Shown: in pieces, positions 15,207 through 24,139 of the stretch
How positions within the stretch are numbered: position 1 is the first letter of the stretch
Layout: every line of letters starts with the position of its first letter
Virus record (IMG/VR): IMGVR_UViG_3300027889_000009
Span: 1-56,327 of that record
Length of the DNA stretch: 56,327 nucleotides
DNA from: a virus
Lineage: Duplodnaviria; Caudoviricetes
Reading direction: 5' to 3' (one strand)
Notes under the pieces: generated by a model
What the model was told of the DNA's origin: nothing
Seen by the model: only the letters and a program-made list of their open reading frames with translations
Databases searched by the model: none
Program-made: the position numbers and the translations under genes

Positions 15207-17954
15207 TTACCACCAGTACGACATAGAAGCACCCATACCGATACCAGCGCTTGCAGGAGGGGCATATTGCTGCACACTGTAGGAGTACAGGTTGCCGCCG
15301 TTCGTCTTGAATCGGGGACGGTATAGTCCAGCTGGCAACGTGCTCCCATTCCACGTTATCGTCGTACCCGTCGTGCCTGCGCTGACCACCGTACTCTGCG
15401 CGTCACCAAAGCCAGTGATGACATTTCCCTGCGGGTCGAGCAATGCCACCGTGATGTTGCCCGCCGTGCCGTCAGCGTTGACCACTATGGCGTTGACGTT
15501 GGCCACTGATTGATACATCGCCCTGCACGTCACAGAGCCATTCGCTCCTGATGGAGCAAGTGCTTGCCACCTGTCAAAGGGGATGAATCCAAGGCACAGC
15601 TGGTTATCGTAGCCTGTGCCAGCATCGTGAGACACGGTGCCGCCGCTGTACCAAATGTAAATCTGACCGCCGATGTTGAAGTAACCACTGGTGCCGTACA
15701 TCACCTTGGTGTCCGGCCCGGTCACACCGTTGGGAATCCAGTGGTCTTCAACAAGAACATTGCTGTAACCTTCGTCCGGTGAGACATACAGGGACATATC
15801 CGTTGTCCCGTTCGCGTCTACCGCCCGCGAGAATATCGTGATTGGCACCACCCAAAGACGCCCACGCTTGTACGGAGCACACGCCGAGTAGTATTGGTAG
15901 TTCCCCGAACCGGCGATCAGCAAGAACGGCCCCGACCAGTTGGAAGCGTGGGACGGGTTGGACGTAGCGCAGGTGTAGATGCCCAGCGAACGCTGCTCCT
16001 GCTGACTGTTATTAAGGTACTGGGCATAGATAAACGGCTTGCCGCTGGCCCTGAATGTGAGTGCGTCGGCGATGTACGTTGAAGTCGTGATCCCGAATAT
16101 CGTGGGGTTATTGCCTAAATCGAACGTGCCGTCGTCGTGCTGCACGATGTACTGCACGTCCACACCGAGCCCGCTGTTTGGCCCACAACTGAACAGGTAC
16201 TTCGGCTGATGCGTCCCGCTGATGGTGGTAACGCTGAGGACACGATATGTCGATGCGTTGTAGCTGTACAGGCCCACCTTCGTCGAGCCAGCAAATTGAG
16301 AAGTCGTCCACGTCAGCGGGTAACTGTTGACACCCTGAGTCAAGGTCGCAGTTATGACGTTGCCATTCAAAGAACCTGCGATTGTGCAATACTGACCTAC
16401 AACAAGACTGCCGGCAGCGACGAAGGTCAAAGACGTGAAACTGCCATTGATAACTTCGTAGAGGATAAACGTGCCCGACACCTGTGCAGGAACGAGGAGC
16501 AGGTAGTTCTGGTAATCGGTCCAACGGAGCATGAATCCATAAGCGGCTCCGTCGCTCTGTACGATTATCTGGATACTAAAATTGTAGTTAGCAACACCAA
16601 CTTCAATCCAGGCAGTTAGGGTCGCGTTGCTGCCGGGACCAGTCACCGTACCACCGCTGACGACAAACGAACCGGCTCCAGTGCCGAGTATCCAGCACAA
16701 CCCGGTTTCAGGGAAGTAATTGGCGGTCAAGTCGGTGCCATTGCTGAACGTGCCAGATACCAAAGTTGCCGATGGTGGCGTCCAGGTTGGATTATAGACC
16801 ACCCCGACGACGTAGTAGGCTTCTCCGTTGGTGTTGCAGTCAATCAGGTTGTTCGTGGTGGTTCCCGATGACGGTGGGTACTTCGCCAGATTAAGCGTGG
16901 GCTTAGTCCAGCTGATGCCATCGGACGAATATGCGTAAGCAGACCCCATGTTTGCTAGGTTGCTATCAAAGCAGGAGTAGAGCGCTTCATACCTGCCCAG
17001 AATCGCGTTGTAATACACGTTCCAGTAAGCAGCGTAAATGTCCCAGGTATTGCCTGTCGTGATCGGGTTGCCGCTGTACTTCGTGAAAGTGGTGATGGTC
17101 TGCGTCAACCCGCTCGTGGCGTACACGCAGGTCATGCCGTTGGTGCCGCCAGCTGCTACGGAAGTGCCGAAGTCCAGGAACAACTCGTTCCACGTCGATG
17201 GCGTACTGCCGTTCCAGCCGGCTGGATGCCCGCGAGCTTCTCCGTAAGCGAACAACGCGTGCCGGTCCACGGCGTTAACAGCTGCGCCCTGGACGAAGAG
17301 AAATTCCGGTAAGTCGCCGACTAAGACGGCGCCGCTGTAGTAGCCTACTGTCAACGGATTGGTCGGGGCGCCCAACGAAAAACCACCGCCCACACCTGAG
17401 TTAGTCCCCAAGCCGAGGCTGACGTCCCAATCCCAAGCAGCCACCGTGGTGCCGTCAAAAGTGATGAGCACGCCGTGGACAGCCGGCGTCTGTAACACGC
17501 TGGACCACGACCAGTTGACGGTGAGGGTGCCGGCATTTGAGATCAGCACGACCAACGAACTCGTGCTGGCGATGTACTTGATACAGAAACCAGTCCCTGT
17601 CCCATTGGCGCTAGTGTCGAAGATGACATAGGTGCCCGTTGGCGGAAACACGGCGGATCGCGGGAAGTAAAGGATCGACCACGGGTTGCCGTTGGAGAAA
17701 CCGGTCCAGTCGCCAGCAGACGCCGCTTGCAGGCCCTGGTTGGCGGCGCCGGACCAGCTGATCTGCTGTTTACCGATTGGCCAGTCTTGCGGATGAAAGA
17801 CCGGCGGCGTGCCGAGTGCCGTGAGCGTTTTGCCACCTATCGCATCGGTTAAGGAAGCGACGTTGGCACCTTCAGCAAGCAGCAGGGTATCGGCCTTGTA
17901 CTGGTTAGAGTACACAGCTCCGGCGGTCGTCAGTGTCGGCGGCGTTAGCGCCAT
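15207..17954 (-). CDS. Large receptor-binding/depolymerase-like protein (LamG-like plus GH32/43-type beta-propeller)
   Basis: Likely start MALTPPT; SAYAYSSDGISWTKP and LYVSPDEG Asp-box-like motifs; IYIWYSGG; C-terminal VVNADG...VALLDPQGNVITGF. Confidence 0.8.
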   Translation of the reverse strand: MALTPPTLTTAGAVYSNQYKADTLLLAEGANVASLTDAIGGKTLTALGTPPVFHPQDWPIGKQQISWSGAANQGLQAASAGDWTGFSNGNPWSILYFPRSAVFPPTGTYVIFDTSANGTGTGFCIKYIASTSSLVVLISNAGTLTVNWSWSSVLQTPAVHGVLITFDGTTVAAWDWDVSLGLGTNSGVGGGFSLGAPTNPLTVGYYSGAVLVGDLPEFLFVQGAAVNAVDRHALFAYGEARGHPAGWNGSTPSTWNELFLDFGTSVAAGGTNGMTCVYATSGLTQTITTFTKYSGNPITTGNTWDIYAAYWNVYYNAILGRYEALYSCFDSNLANMGSAYAYSSDGISWTKPTLNLAKYPPSSGTTTNNLIDCNTNGEAYYVVGVVYNPTWTPPSATLVSGTFSNGTDLTANYFPETGLCWILGTGAGSFVVSGGTVTGPGSNATLTAWIEVGVANYNFSIQIIVQSDGAAYGFMLRWTDYQNYLLLVPAQVSGTFILYEVINGSFTSLTFVAAGSLVVGQYCTIAGSLNGNVITATLTQGVNSYPLTWTTSQFAGSTKVGLYSYNASTYRVLSVTTISGTHQPKYLFSCGPNSGLGVDVQYIVQHDDGTFDLGNNPTIFGITTSTYIADALTFRASGKPFIYAQYLNNSQQEQRSLGIYTCATSNPSHASNWSGPFLLIAGSGNYQYYSACAPYKRGRLWVVPITIFSRAVDANGTTDMSLYVSPDEGYSNVLVEDHWIPNGVTGPDTKVMYGTSGYFNIGGQIYIWYSGGTVSHDAGTGYDNQLCLGFIPFDRWQALAPSGANGSVTCRAMYQSVANVNAIVVNADGTAGNITVALLDPQGNVITGFGDAQSTVVSAGTTGTTITWNGSTLPAGLYRPRFKTNGGNLYSYSVQQYAPPASAGIGMGASMSYWW

Positions 17955-17990
17955 GAGCACAACTAGAAGCCACACGCTTCTGCCCCTGTC

Positions 17991-18019
17991 TTGACGGAAG
18001 GCCACGATGAGTGTATCAT
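17991..18019 (+). promoter_or_regulatory. Sigma-70-like promoter of the glycosyltransferase gene
   Basis: TTGACG-N17-TATCAT. Confidence 0.55.
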
Positions 18020-18077
18020 CTTCATTCAACAAACGTATCATAAGGATACGCTGGCGGTTCCGCAACGAGAAACCGAA

Positions 18078-18953
18078 ATGGCCAAGCATCTTGTCGCTTT
18101 GGGGCGTCCCACGGGAAACGGATACGAGCGGGTTGAGATAGGCAATCTCATCATGGAAGTGACGGGACAGTTCTACAACGACCCGGAAGTGACGCCGTTT
18201 ATCAGCGACATCGTCCACATCCCCATCCAGAAGTTCCCCACGTCGCTGGCACGCAACACACTCGTGGACAAGTGCCAGAAGTACGCCGGTCCCGCAGGTG
18301 CCAGGGTCGATTACCTGATGATGGTGGACGTGGACGGGGCGCCGCGTCCTGGCACCTTCAAGGCCATGTTCAACTTCCTTCGCCAGCAACCTGTTCCCAG
18401 CGTCGTTGGTGCCCCGTACATCAGTGGGGATGGGTCAATCCAGGTGTTCCACTTCGACAGCGCCCAGGTCCACTTCAGGCACGGCCTGAACGACTTCGGC
18501 ATCAAGCGGTACAGCAGGGAGTTGGCGGCGCTGAAGCAGGGAACAGGATTCGAGCGCGTGGCGTGCGTTGGGACGCACTGCGTCATGTTCGACATGCGGG
18601 TGTTCGACGACCTGAAGCGGCCTTACTTCATGTACGCAAGCAACGAGATAGGCACGGAATGCACGGAGACGGAAGACTGCTACCTGATGCGGCACCTGTT
18701 CCACAAGGGAACGCCGATATTCTGTGCGTGGGACTACCCTGCGGTCCACTACAAGGAGCTTCCCTTGGAGATACCGACGCCAATCGGTCTGGACCAGATA
18801 CCGGAGTTCTACCAGCGGAAGGTGGCTGCTGCGGAAGCGGTGTCGCTCAAATCAGAAGAGAAGTGGGACAAGGATGCGGTAGCGGCACTGCGGCCAAATG
18901 GCAACGGCGAAGTCACTCCTTTGGCTTCGCCTTCAGATGACCGCGCTCGTTGA
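18078..18953 (+). CDS. GT-A fold (GT2-like) glycosyltransferase
   Basis: SLARNTLV...DYLMMVDVD (DxD)...VGTHCVMFDMRVFDDLKRPYF...TEDCYL...VHYK. Confidence 0.82.
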   Translation: MAKHLVALGRPTGNGYERVEIGNLIMEVTGQFYNDPEVTPFISDIVHIPIQKFPTSLARNTLVDKCQKYAGPAGARVDYLMMVDVDGAPRPGTFKAMFNFLRQQPVPSVVGAPYISGDGSIQVFHFDSAQVHFRHGLNDFGIKRYSRELAALKQGTGFERVACVGTHCVMFDMRVFDDLKRPYFMYASNEIGTECTETEDCYLMRHLFHKGTPIFCAWDYPAVHYKELPLEIPTPIGLDQIPEFYQRKVAAAEAVSLKSEEKWDKDAVAALRPNGNGEVTPLASPSDDRAR

Positions 18954-19314
18954 ACCGCTCCTTGCGAAGCCTGAGTACGGCCTTGCGCCACAACTCTTCC
19001 ATGAGCGGGTAGTCTTCCTGTCTTGCCCAGAATCCACATTCTTCCGACCACGTCTCGTCGCGGAACGTCAGGTTTTCGGAGTAGATGAACTTGCGGATGC
19101 GTGCCTTCTCTTGGCCCTTGTCGTCTTCCCACACCTGCCTGATGGTCGCTTCAAAATCGCCGGTGATTTGACCCAGGATGCAGTCGTCGTTGCTGGCCAT
19201 GCTGAGACGGGCAAGGTCAAGGTTGTACTTGAAGAGCCACTTGGGGTGGTGCTTGTCGAGCCAGGCGATGCCCTTCTTGATGCGTGCCTTGACGGCCAAC
19301 TCATTCATGGGCAT
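18913..19314 (-). CDS. Conserved phage hypothetical protein
   Basis: RIKKGIAWLDKHHPKW...LSMASNDDCILGQ. Confidence 0.7.
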   Translation of the reverse strand: MPMNELAVKARIKKGIAWLDKHHPKWLFKYNLDLARLSMASNDDCILGQITGDFEATIRQVWEDDKGQEKARIRKFIYSENLTFRDETWSEECGFWARQEDYPLMEELWRKAVLRLRKERFNERGHLKAKPKE

Positions 19315-19317
19315 GCG

Positions 19318-19518
19318 TCAATCCCCAAACAGGGCCTGTTCGATTGCCGCCATTACTTCGCTGACGGTGACGTCCTTGATAGTGACTGACCTGGACTTGT
19401 TTCCCTTGACGGGAGTTGAACCTTTTACAAGGTAAATCTTAACGCAAACCGTACCTTTGTCATCCTTCTTGTGGTTGCTCCCATATCCACCACGGACAAA
19501 CTTCGTGACGCTTTTCAC
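19318..19518 (-). CDS. Hypothetical protein
   Basis: 66 aa, coupled to its neighbours. Confidence 0.6.
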   Translation of the reverse strand: MKSVTKFVRGGYGSNHKKDDKGTVCVKIYLVKGSTPVKGNKSRSVTIKDVTVSEVMAAIEQALFGD

Positions 19519-19877
19519 TGCTGTTCTCCTTTGCTGAGTACGTCTGCCACCGTGATGACCAAATCCGCCATTTTCCTGTAGATGTTCGCCCGGTGCAGAC
19601 CCAACGACTGTGCCGCCAACGTCAGGTTGCCATTGTAGGTCTTGATGGAGTCGGTCACCATGTCGTACTGCAATTGGCGCTGTGCCTGTGCCAGCGTCAT
19701 GCCGCGAGCGGCTTCGACGAATGATGACACGCTCGGCATTCTTTCGCTGACGAGCGTATCGTCATCGTGCAGCATCTCCTTCATTTTTTTGACGCCATCC
19801 ATGATTTGCCGCAGTGTGTAGGTGGTTTCCATTGCGTTACTTTTCTGGCGTTGCTTTGCATTGAGCCGCTTTGCCAA
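19515..19877 (-). CDS. Fis-type (HTH_8) DNA-binding protein
   Basis: MTLAQAQRQL...SIKTYNGNLTLAAQSLGLHRANIYRKM. Confidence 0.8.
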   Translation of the reverse strand: MAKRLNAKQRQKSNAMETTYTLRQIMDGVKKMKEMLHDDDTLVSERMPSVSSFVEAARGMTLAQAQRQLQYDMVTDSIKTYNGNLTLAAQSLGLHRANIYRKMADLVITVADVLSKGEQQ

Positions 19878-20079
19878 GCACTACATCGCTCTGATGTGCT
19901 GTACTGGCGTTTCATGCCATAATGATACGCTAGGAATCCCAGAAAGGCAACATCTTCGTTGCCCTGCAACAACGGTATTGCCCTTGGCGGTGGTGCCGCG
20001 TAGAATCACGTCGGCAACCGTGTGCTAGACAGTGTGGCCACCGAGCTGGCCAATTCGGTGGCATTTCTGGAGCAACTTC

Positions 20080-20292
20080 ATGGCGATGGGATTCGGCAAG
20101 CGTCTGGCACAGCTACGCAAGGACCGCGGCTACTCCGTGCGTGGCCTTGCCGACATCGTAGGCGTCCACCGTCAGGAGATACAGCGCCTGGAGCGAACGC
20201 GGTCCAACCCGACGTGGACGAAGGTGCTGGCGCTGGCAGCAGCCCTTGGCGTAGGCGTTGGCGAGTTCACGGACAACGGGAGAAAACGGTAA
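20080..20292 (+). CDS. XRE/Cro-family HTH regulator
   Basis: FGKRLAQLRKDRGYSVRGLADIVGVHRQEIQRLER..SNPTWTKVLALAAALGV; GGAG RBS. Confidence 0.92.
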   Translation: MAMGFGKRLAQLRKDRGYSVRGLADIVGVHRQEIQRLERTRSNPTWTKVLALAAALGVGVGEFTDNGRKR

Positions 20293-20780
20293 TGTCGTCT
20301 CACGCAAGTTTGTACATCGGCCCATTCGTGGAGTGTAAGGTGACGCGGACCACCGTGGAGCGGACGCTTGACAAGATTTGTGTCAACGATGTCTGTCCGA
20401 GATTTGAGCGGCACACGTATGACAACAACAAGTTCTGCGCCGAGTGCGGCCATCCTGTTGGTCACCGCAAAATACAGGAAGAAGGCGATTCCGTGGACAG
20501 GTACGACATGACCGTGAAGTTGCGGGAAAAACTTGCTTCCGTCGCCGTATCCACTGGCATGCACCACTACGTGCCCAACGTGTACGTCAAGGGCATGGAG
20601 CGGCAGATGCGCCTGCATCCAGAAGAACGCGAGTTTGCCCACGTCTTGGACCCAGGCACGTTCATCGACGAGTGCCACGCCTTCACCAAACAGTTCTGTG
20701 CTTGCATGGACATGCTGGAGCAAGCCTACGGCAAGGAAAACGTGCGTGTGCGGTGGGGAATAATCAATACCATCGGTTAG
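20292..20780 (+). CDS. Hypothetical protein with Zn ribbon
   Basis: TAATG coupling; CVNDVC...FCAECG. Confidence 0.75.
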   Translation: MSSHASLYIGPFVECKVTRTTVERTLDKICVNDVCPRFERHTYDNNKFCAECGHPVGHRKIQEEGDSVDRYDMTVKLREKLASVAVSTGMHHYVPNVYVKGMERQMRLHPEEREFAHVLDPGTFIDECHAFTKQFCACMDMLEQAYGKENVRVRWGIINTIG

Positions 20781-20789
20781 GAGCAAACG

Positions 20790-21092
20790 ATGAGCGACGA
20801 AATACGCATGGACGGCACGGCGATGGACAGGCCCATCCCGTGCCACATGCCCATCGGCGAGCGGCAGTACCTTGGACGCCTGCGGTGTCCACAGGGGCAC
20901 AAATTCAATTGTCACCGCATGGGCAGCATGAACAGCCCGTACATGCCAAACCCTGTGGACACCTACCGCATCTTTTGCACGGGCGGCGAGTGTGGCATGG
21001 ACTTGCACTTCGATATGTACCAAGAAGGCCACGGCGAGCAGCTGACGCCGCCAGGATACACGCTGGCCCCAATTGAAGGCGGTGCGATGTGA
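20790..21092 (+). CDS. Hypothetical Cys/His protein
   Basis: AGGAG RBS; LRCPQG...C..C...LHFDMY. Confidence 0.75.
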   Translation: MSDEIRMDGTAMDRPIPCHMPIGERQYLGRLRCPQGHKFNCHRMGSMNSPYMPNPVDTYRIFCTGGECGMDLHFDMYQEGHGEQLTPPGYTLAPIEGGAM

Positions 21093-21367
21093 TACTAAGC
21101 GAAACCGACAAAGAAGACCTGCTCGGCTTCCTGCTGTTCGAGCAAGGCGACGGTGGCATTCTCGACAGCGGCATGCGCGTCACCTTCAACCGTTTCCAGC
21201 ACCTGGAAGTCGAACCAGTCACAGGCAAGCTGATGAGCGCCATCCCACCGGGAGCGCTGGCCACGGTCCACGTCGTCAGCGATGGTACGCTGGAGTTACG
21301 GAACAAGGTGGCGATAACGACGGCAATTCCTGTACTACCTGAGAACACCCAAGGAGTAACTTTGTGA
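21089..21367 (+). CDS. Hypothetical protein
   Basis: GTGA coupling. Confidence 0.65.
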   Translation: MILSETDKEDLLGFLLFEQGDGGILDSGMRVTFNRFQHLEVEPVTGKLMSAIPPGALATVHVVSDGTLELRNKVAITTAIPVLPENTQGVTL

Positions 21368-21654
21368 GCATTACCGCACGCAACGACATGGTACTGGTCC
21401 GCATCGTGGACAAGGGAAGGACCGAATCCGGCATCGCCATGCCGGACATGGCTCAGGAAGGCAAGGAGTACATCGTGGAATCCATCGGCCCAAAGGTCGA
21501 AGGTCTCGATATCGGCGACAAGGTGCTGGTTCTTGGCGCACGCGGTTCCACATGGGAATTCATACCCAACTCGCGCGACCTGTTTATCGTCAGGGAATCA
21601 GCCATACCGCTTGTATACGGTGGCACAGCGAAGCGTTCAGGAGCGAAGACATGA
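21364..21654 (+). CDS. groES: GroES/Cpn10-like co-chaperonin
   Basis: ARNDMVLVR...TESGIAMP...VESIGPKVEGLDIGDKVL...LFIVRESAI. Confidence 0.85.
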   Translation: MSITARNDMVLVRIVDKGRTESGIAMPDMAQEGKEYIVESIGPKVEGLDIGDKVLVLGARGSTWEFIPNSRDLFIVRESAIPLVYGGTAKRSGAKT

Positions 21655-21878
21655 GCGATACCTTGGCCGACCGCGACAACAGGGTAAACCGCGCCCTGGC
21701 GCACATGTGCAAGACAGAACTGGACAAACTCACCCACGCCGCCAACCACGGTCCTGCTGGTGGCCTGCCGCTCACTGGTTCGCTCCTGGACAAGGCGGTG
21801 AACCTGGAGTTGGCGTTTGCGGCCACGGGACGGCTCAGGAACGACGTGTTGAAGTTGTTCTCGACGGAGTTGGACTGA
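21651..21878 (+). CDS. Hypothetical protein
   Basis: ATGA coupling, AGGAG RBS. Confidence 0.65.
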   Translation: MSDTLADRDNRVNRALAHMCKTELDKLTHAANHGPAGGLPLTGSLLDKAVNLELAFAATGRLRNDVLKLFSTELD

Positions 21879-21879
21879 C

Positions 21880-22188
21880 GTGTCCAAATCAAAAACCTGT
21901 CTGCGCCGTCGTCTGTGGTATCGCACCTTTGGCACGTCCAAGGTTGGCGTGTGCCACTGGTGCGGCAACCCCATCCACTTCGATGAAGCCACGGTTGACC
22001 ACGAACCGCCACTGGCAGAAGGCGGCGACGACCAGCACGTATTCATCGCGTGCTCTCCGTGCAATCAGCGGCGTGGCCAAGAGTTGTTGAAGAAGATGAA
22101 CGCACGAAACCGTCGTGTCGCAAGGAAGTCGGTCAACAAACCAGTTGCTGTGCGTGCCAACTGGCATGGCGGCTGGTACATGGACTAA
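21880..22188 (+). CDS. HNH endonuclease (HK97 gp74-like size)
   Basis: CHWCG...ATVDHEPPLAEGG...ACSPCNQRRG. Confidence 0.85.
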   Translation: MSKSKTCLRRRLWYRTFGTSKVGVCHWCGNPIHFDEATVDHEPPLAEGGDDQHVFIACSPCNQRRGQELLKKMNARNRRVARKSVNKPVAVRANWHGGWYMD

Positions 22189-22628
22189 TCGGTGATTTGC
22201 GCCGGGTACTGCGTCACCATCACCGGCTCGCCACTAAGCAACGCCTTACCTACTTCATCGGCGTTTTTATGCAGTGCAGCCACTTCTTCTCCCAACTGTC
22301 TGCATCGTGCTTCCAATTCCCGGTAACTTGGCCACACGCCGCCTTCGCATCGGTTCTCGATGAATCGGCGGCAGCTCTCAAGCATCTCTTCCTTGTTGCC
22401 GACGTGTCTGTCGCACGGTGGTAGGCCAGCGGCGACGTAAAGGCGGTCATCGTCTTCGATGCACCTATCGTCTGCCTTCTGGATGTGGTGTTCGGCAATG
22501 GCGATGCGGAGTGCGTCAATCTCGGCGAACAGCGACAGTATCACTTCTTCTGGTTCCAGTATAGGCAAGGTGGTGTTGTGAACGTGGTCTCGCCAGATGG
22601 CCAACTGTTCGTCGGTTGGTCGGTTCAT
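22185..22628 (-). CDS. Hypothetical protein
   Basis: AAGGAG RBS then MNRPTDEQL; HHIQKADDRCIEDDDRLY. Confidence 0.7.
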   Translation of the reverse strand: MNRPTDEQLAIWRDHVHNTTLPILEPEEVILSLFAEIDALRIAIAEHHIQKADDRCIEDDDRLYVAAGLPPCDRHVGNKEEMLESCRRFIENRCEGGVWPSYRELEARCRQLGEEVAALHKNADEVGKALLSGEPVMVTQYPAQITD

Positions 22629-22954
22629 CGCGTTCTCCTTCGGTAGAAGTCCATCACGCCACTGTCGTATTCCCATCCCTGACGCATCAGCCACGCCGCC
22701 AGCATCTTGTTCCCCACGCCTTCCACGACCACCATGTCGAACCGCTCGTCGGCACAAACCATGTCCAGGAACCGCGTGAAGTGACCCTGGCGCTGGCTGG
22801 CGTCTTCCACCTTGACGGTCTCGACGACGATGGCGTGGATGGTTGGGCGCATGGTCCAATTGGGACGCTCTGCCGAAAGACGCAGGTGTTCGGCGTCAAC
22901 CCAGCACTCGCGGATGGTGGCGGTCAGTGGGCCTACGGTGATGGTTTGTCGCAT
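22625..22954 (-). CDS. GNAT-fold acetyltransferase-like protein
   Basis: VKVEDASQRQGHFTRFL (motif A) ... EGVGNKMLAAWLMRQGW. Confidence 0.6.
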   Translation of the reverse strand: MRQTITVGPLTATIRECWVDAEHLRLSAERPNWTMRPTIHAIVVETVKVEDASQRQGHFTRFLDMVCADERFDMVVVEGVGNKMLAAWLMRQGWEYDSGVMDFYRRRTR

Positions 22955-23200
22955 TTAATGGCCCTTGATGCGTCTTTTCGTTTCGCAGTGACTGTAGCCG
23001 CAAGCGCACAAAATCACGCACTGGTCCGGTGAAGGCTTGGCGAAGTAATCCCTGTCGTGCATGAGCCACCACTGGCCATGCGTTTTGCAGAAGTATTTGC
23101 AAAACCGCCTGAACCTGTTGAGCTTACGTTCTGGGTGCGCCCGAAGTATGTGGACTTCACCGTTTGGCAGGCTTACCGTCGTGTCATTAGTCGGCATCAT
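22955..23200 (-). CDS. Hypothetical protein
   Basis: Cys/His-rich, coupled start. Confidence 0.5.
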   Translation of the reverse strand: MMPTNDTTVSLPNGEVHILRAHPERKLNRFRRFCKYFCKTHGQWWLMHDRDYFAKPSPDQCVILCACGYSHCETKRRIKGH

Positions 23201-23361
23201 CTCGTCATCCCACTTTCTTCCCACTCTTGCCGGTACTTGTTTATGGCGGCCACGGCTTCATCGGCCGTCAAGAATAGCTGGTCGTGCGCGTTCCAAACGG
23301 CGGCTTCAAACTCATCTGGTGTGCCGTGCTTCCCCTTCAGTTCTTGCTGTTTGTCGGTCAT
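23197..23361 (-). CDS. 54-aa hypothetical protein
   Basis: MTDKQQELKGKHGTPDEFEAAVW...; fills the gap with an ATGA overlap. Confidence 0.55.
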   Translation of the reverse strand: MTDKQQELKGKHGTPDEFEAAVWNAHDQLFLTADEAVAAINKYRQEWEESGMTR

Positions 23362-23390
23362 TGCGTTGCCCAACTAACGATCCCTTGCTG

Positions 23391-23873
23391 TCATATCGAA
23401 ATGCCGTGACGACGCAAATAATCGCCGATGCTGTCCAGCAATTCCCGATCTCCGCTGCCAAAGCCGGTTCGCTTCATCAACTGCTCCAATCTCACCACGG
23501 CAAGACGCAAAAGCATCTGTGGCTCGCAAAGTTGGTTGGCAAGGTCGAATTCGTCAACGGTGCCAAGTCTTTTCTCAGCAAGATACTCGGCATGGTTGCC
23601 ACGGCTCAATTCTTCGTTCACAACACGAATATCGCTTCCCAGGCTAGTAAGTTTCGCCTGAAGGTCGTAAATCTTCTTGAGCACCGCAACATGCAAGCCG
23701 GCCAAGTGTTTGTATTCCTTGTCCGGTATCCGCCTACCATTTCCAAACCGCGTCTTGATGTCCAACTTTTCGCTGCTGGCCTTCGCCAACTCTTCAACCA
23801 GTACAGACTTTTTCTGCTTCAAGGCGATAAGACGTTGCTGCGCCTGCTGACGAACGGATTGTTCCACTTGCAT
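23391..23873 (-). CDS. Coiled-coil hypothetical protein
   Basis: 160-aa helical ORF. Confidence 0.65.
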   Translation of the reverse strand: MQVEQSVRQQAQQRLIALKQKKSVLVEELAKASSEKLDIKTRFGNGRRIPDKEYKHLAGLHVAVLKKIYDLQAKLTSLGSDIRVVNEELSRGNHAEYLAEKRLGTVDEFDLANQLCEPQMLLRLAVVRLEQLMKRTGFGSGDRELLDSIGDYLRRHGISI

Positions 23874-23929
23874 AATTGGTCCGCTGGTTTAGCAGCGTCT
23901 CCTTTTGTTTTACCATCAACGCCAATTGT

Positions 23930-24136
23930 TCACGCTAACGGTGTCCCGCATTTTCTGCAAGTCTTTCCTTCCATATTCCCCTTCAGAAAGACGTGTTTGC
24001 CGCATCCGTGGCACCGTTTCCAACATCCTTCCTTCAGTACTTCGGACCAATGCTTGTACTTCTTGCGAGTTTCCCTTGCTTCATTCTTGCGCTCCTGAAT
24101 TTTCTTTCGCATATTTCCCATGTCATATGTCTCCAT
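23930..24136 (-). CDS. Small Zn-ribbon protein
   Basis: CHGCG...CRKCG. Confidence 0.55.
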   Translation of the reverse strand: METYDMGNMRKKIQERKNEARETRKKYKHWSEVLKEGCWKRCHGCGKHVFLKGNMEGKTCRKCGTPLA

Positions 24137-24139
24137 AAA

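Noticed and set aside
17955-18389. N-terminal extension of the 1060-aa ORF
   Set aside because: Overlaps the divergent glycosyltransferase and its promoter; the protein-like sequence begins at MALTPPT (17954)
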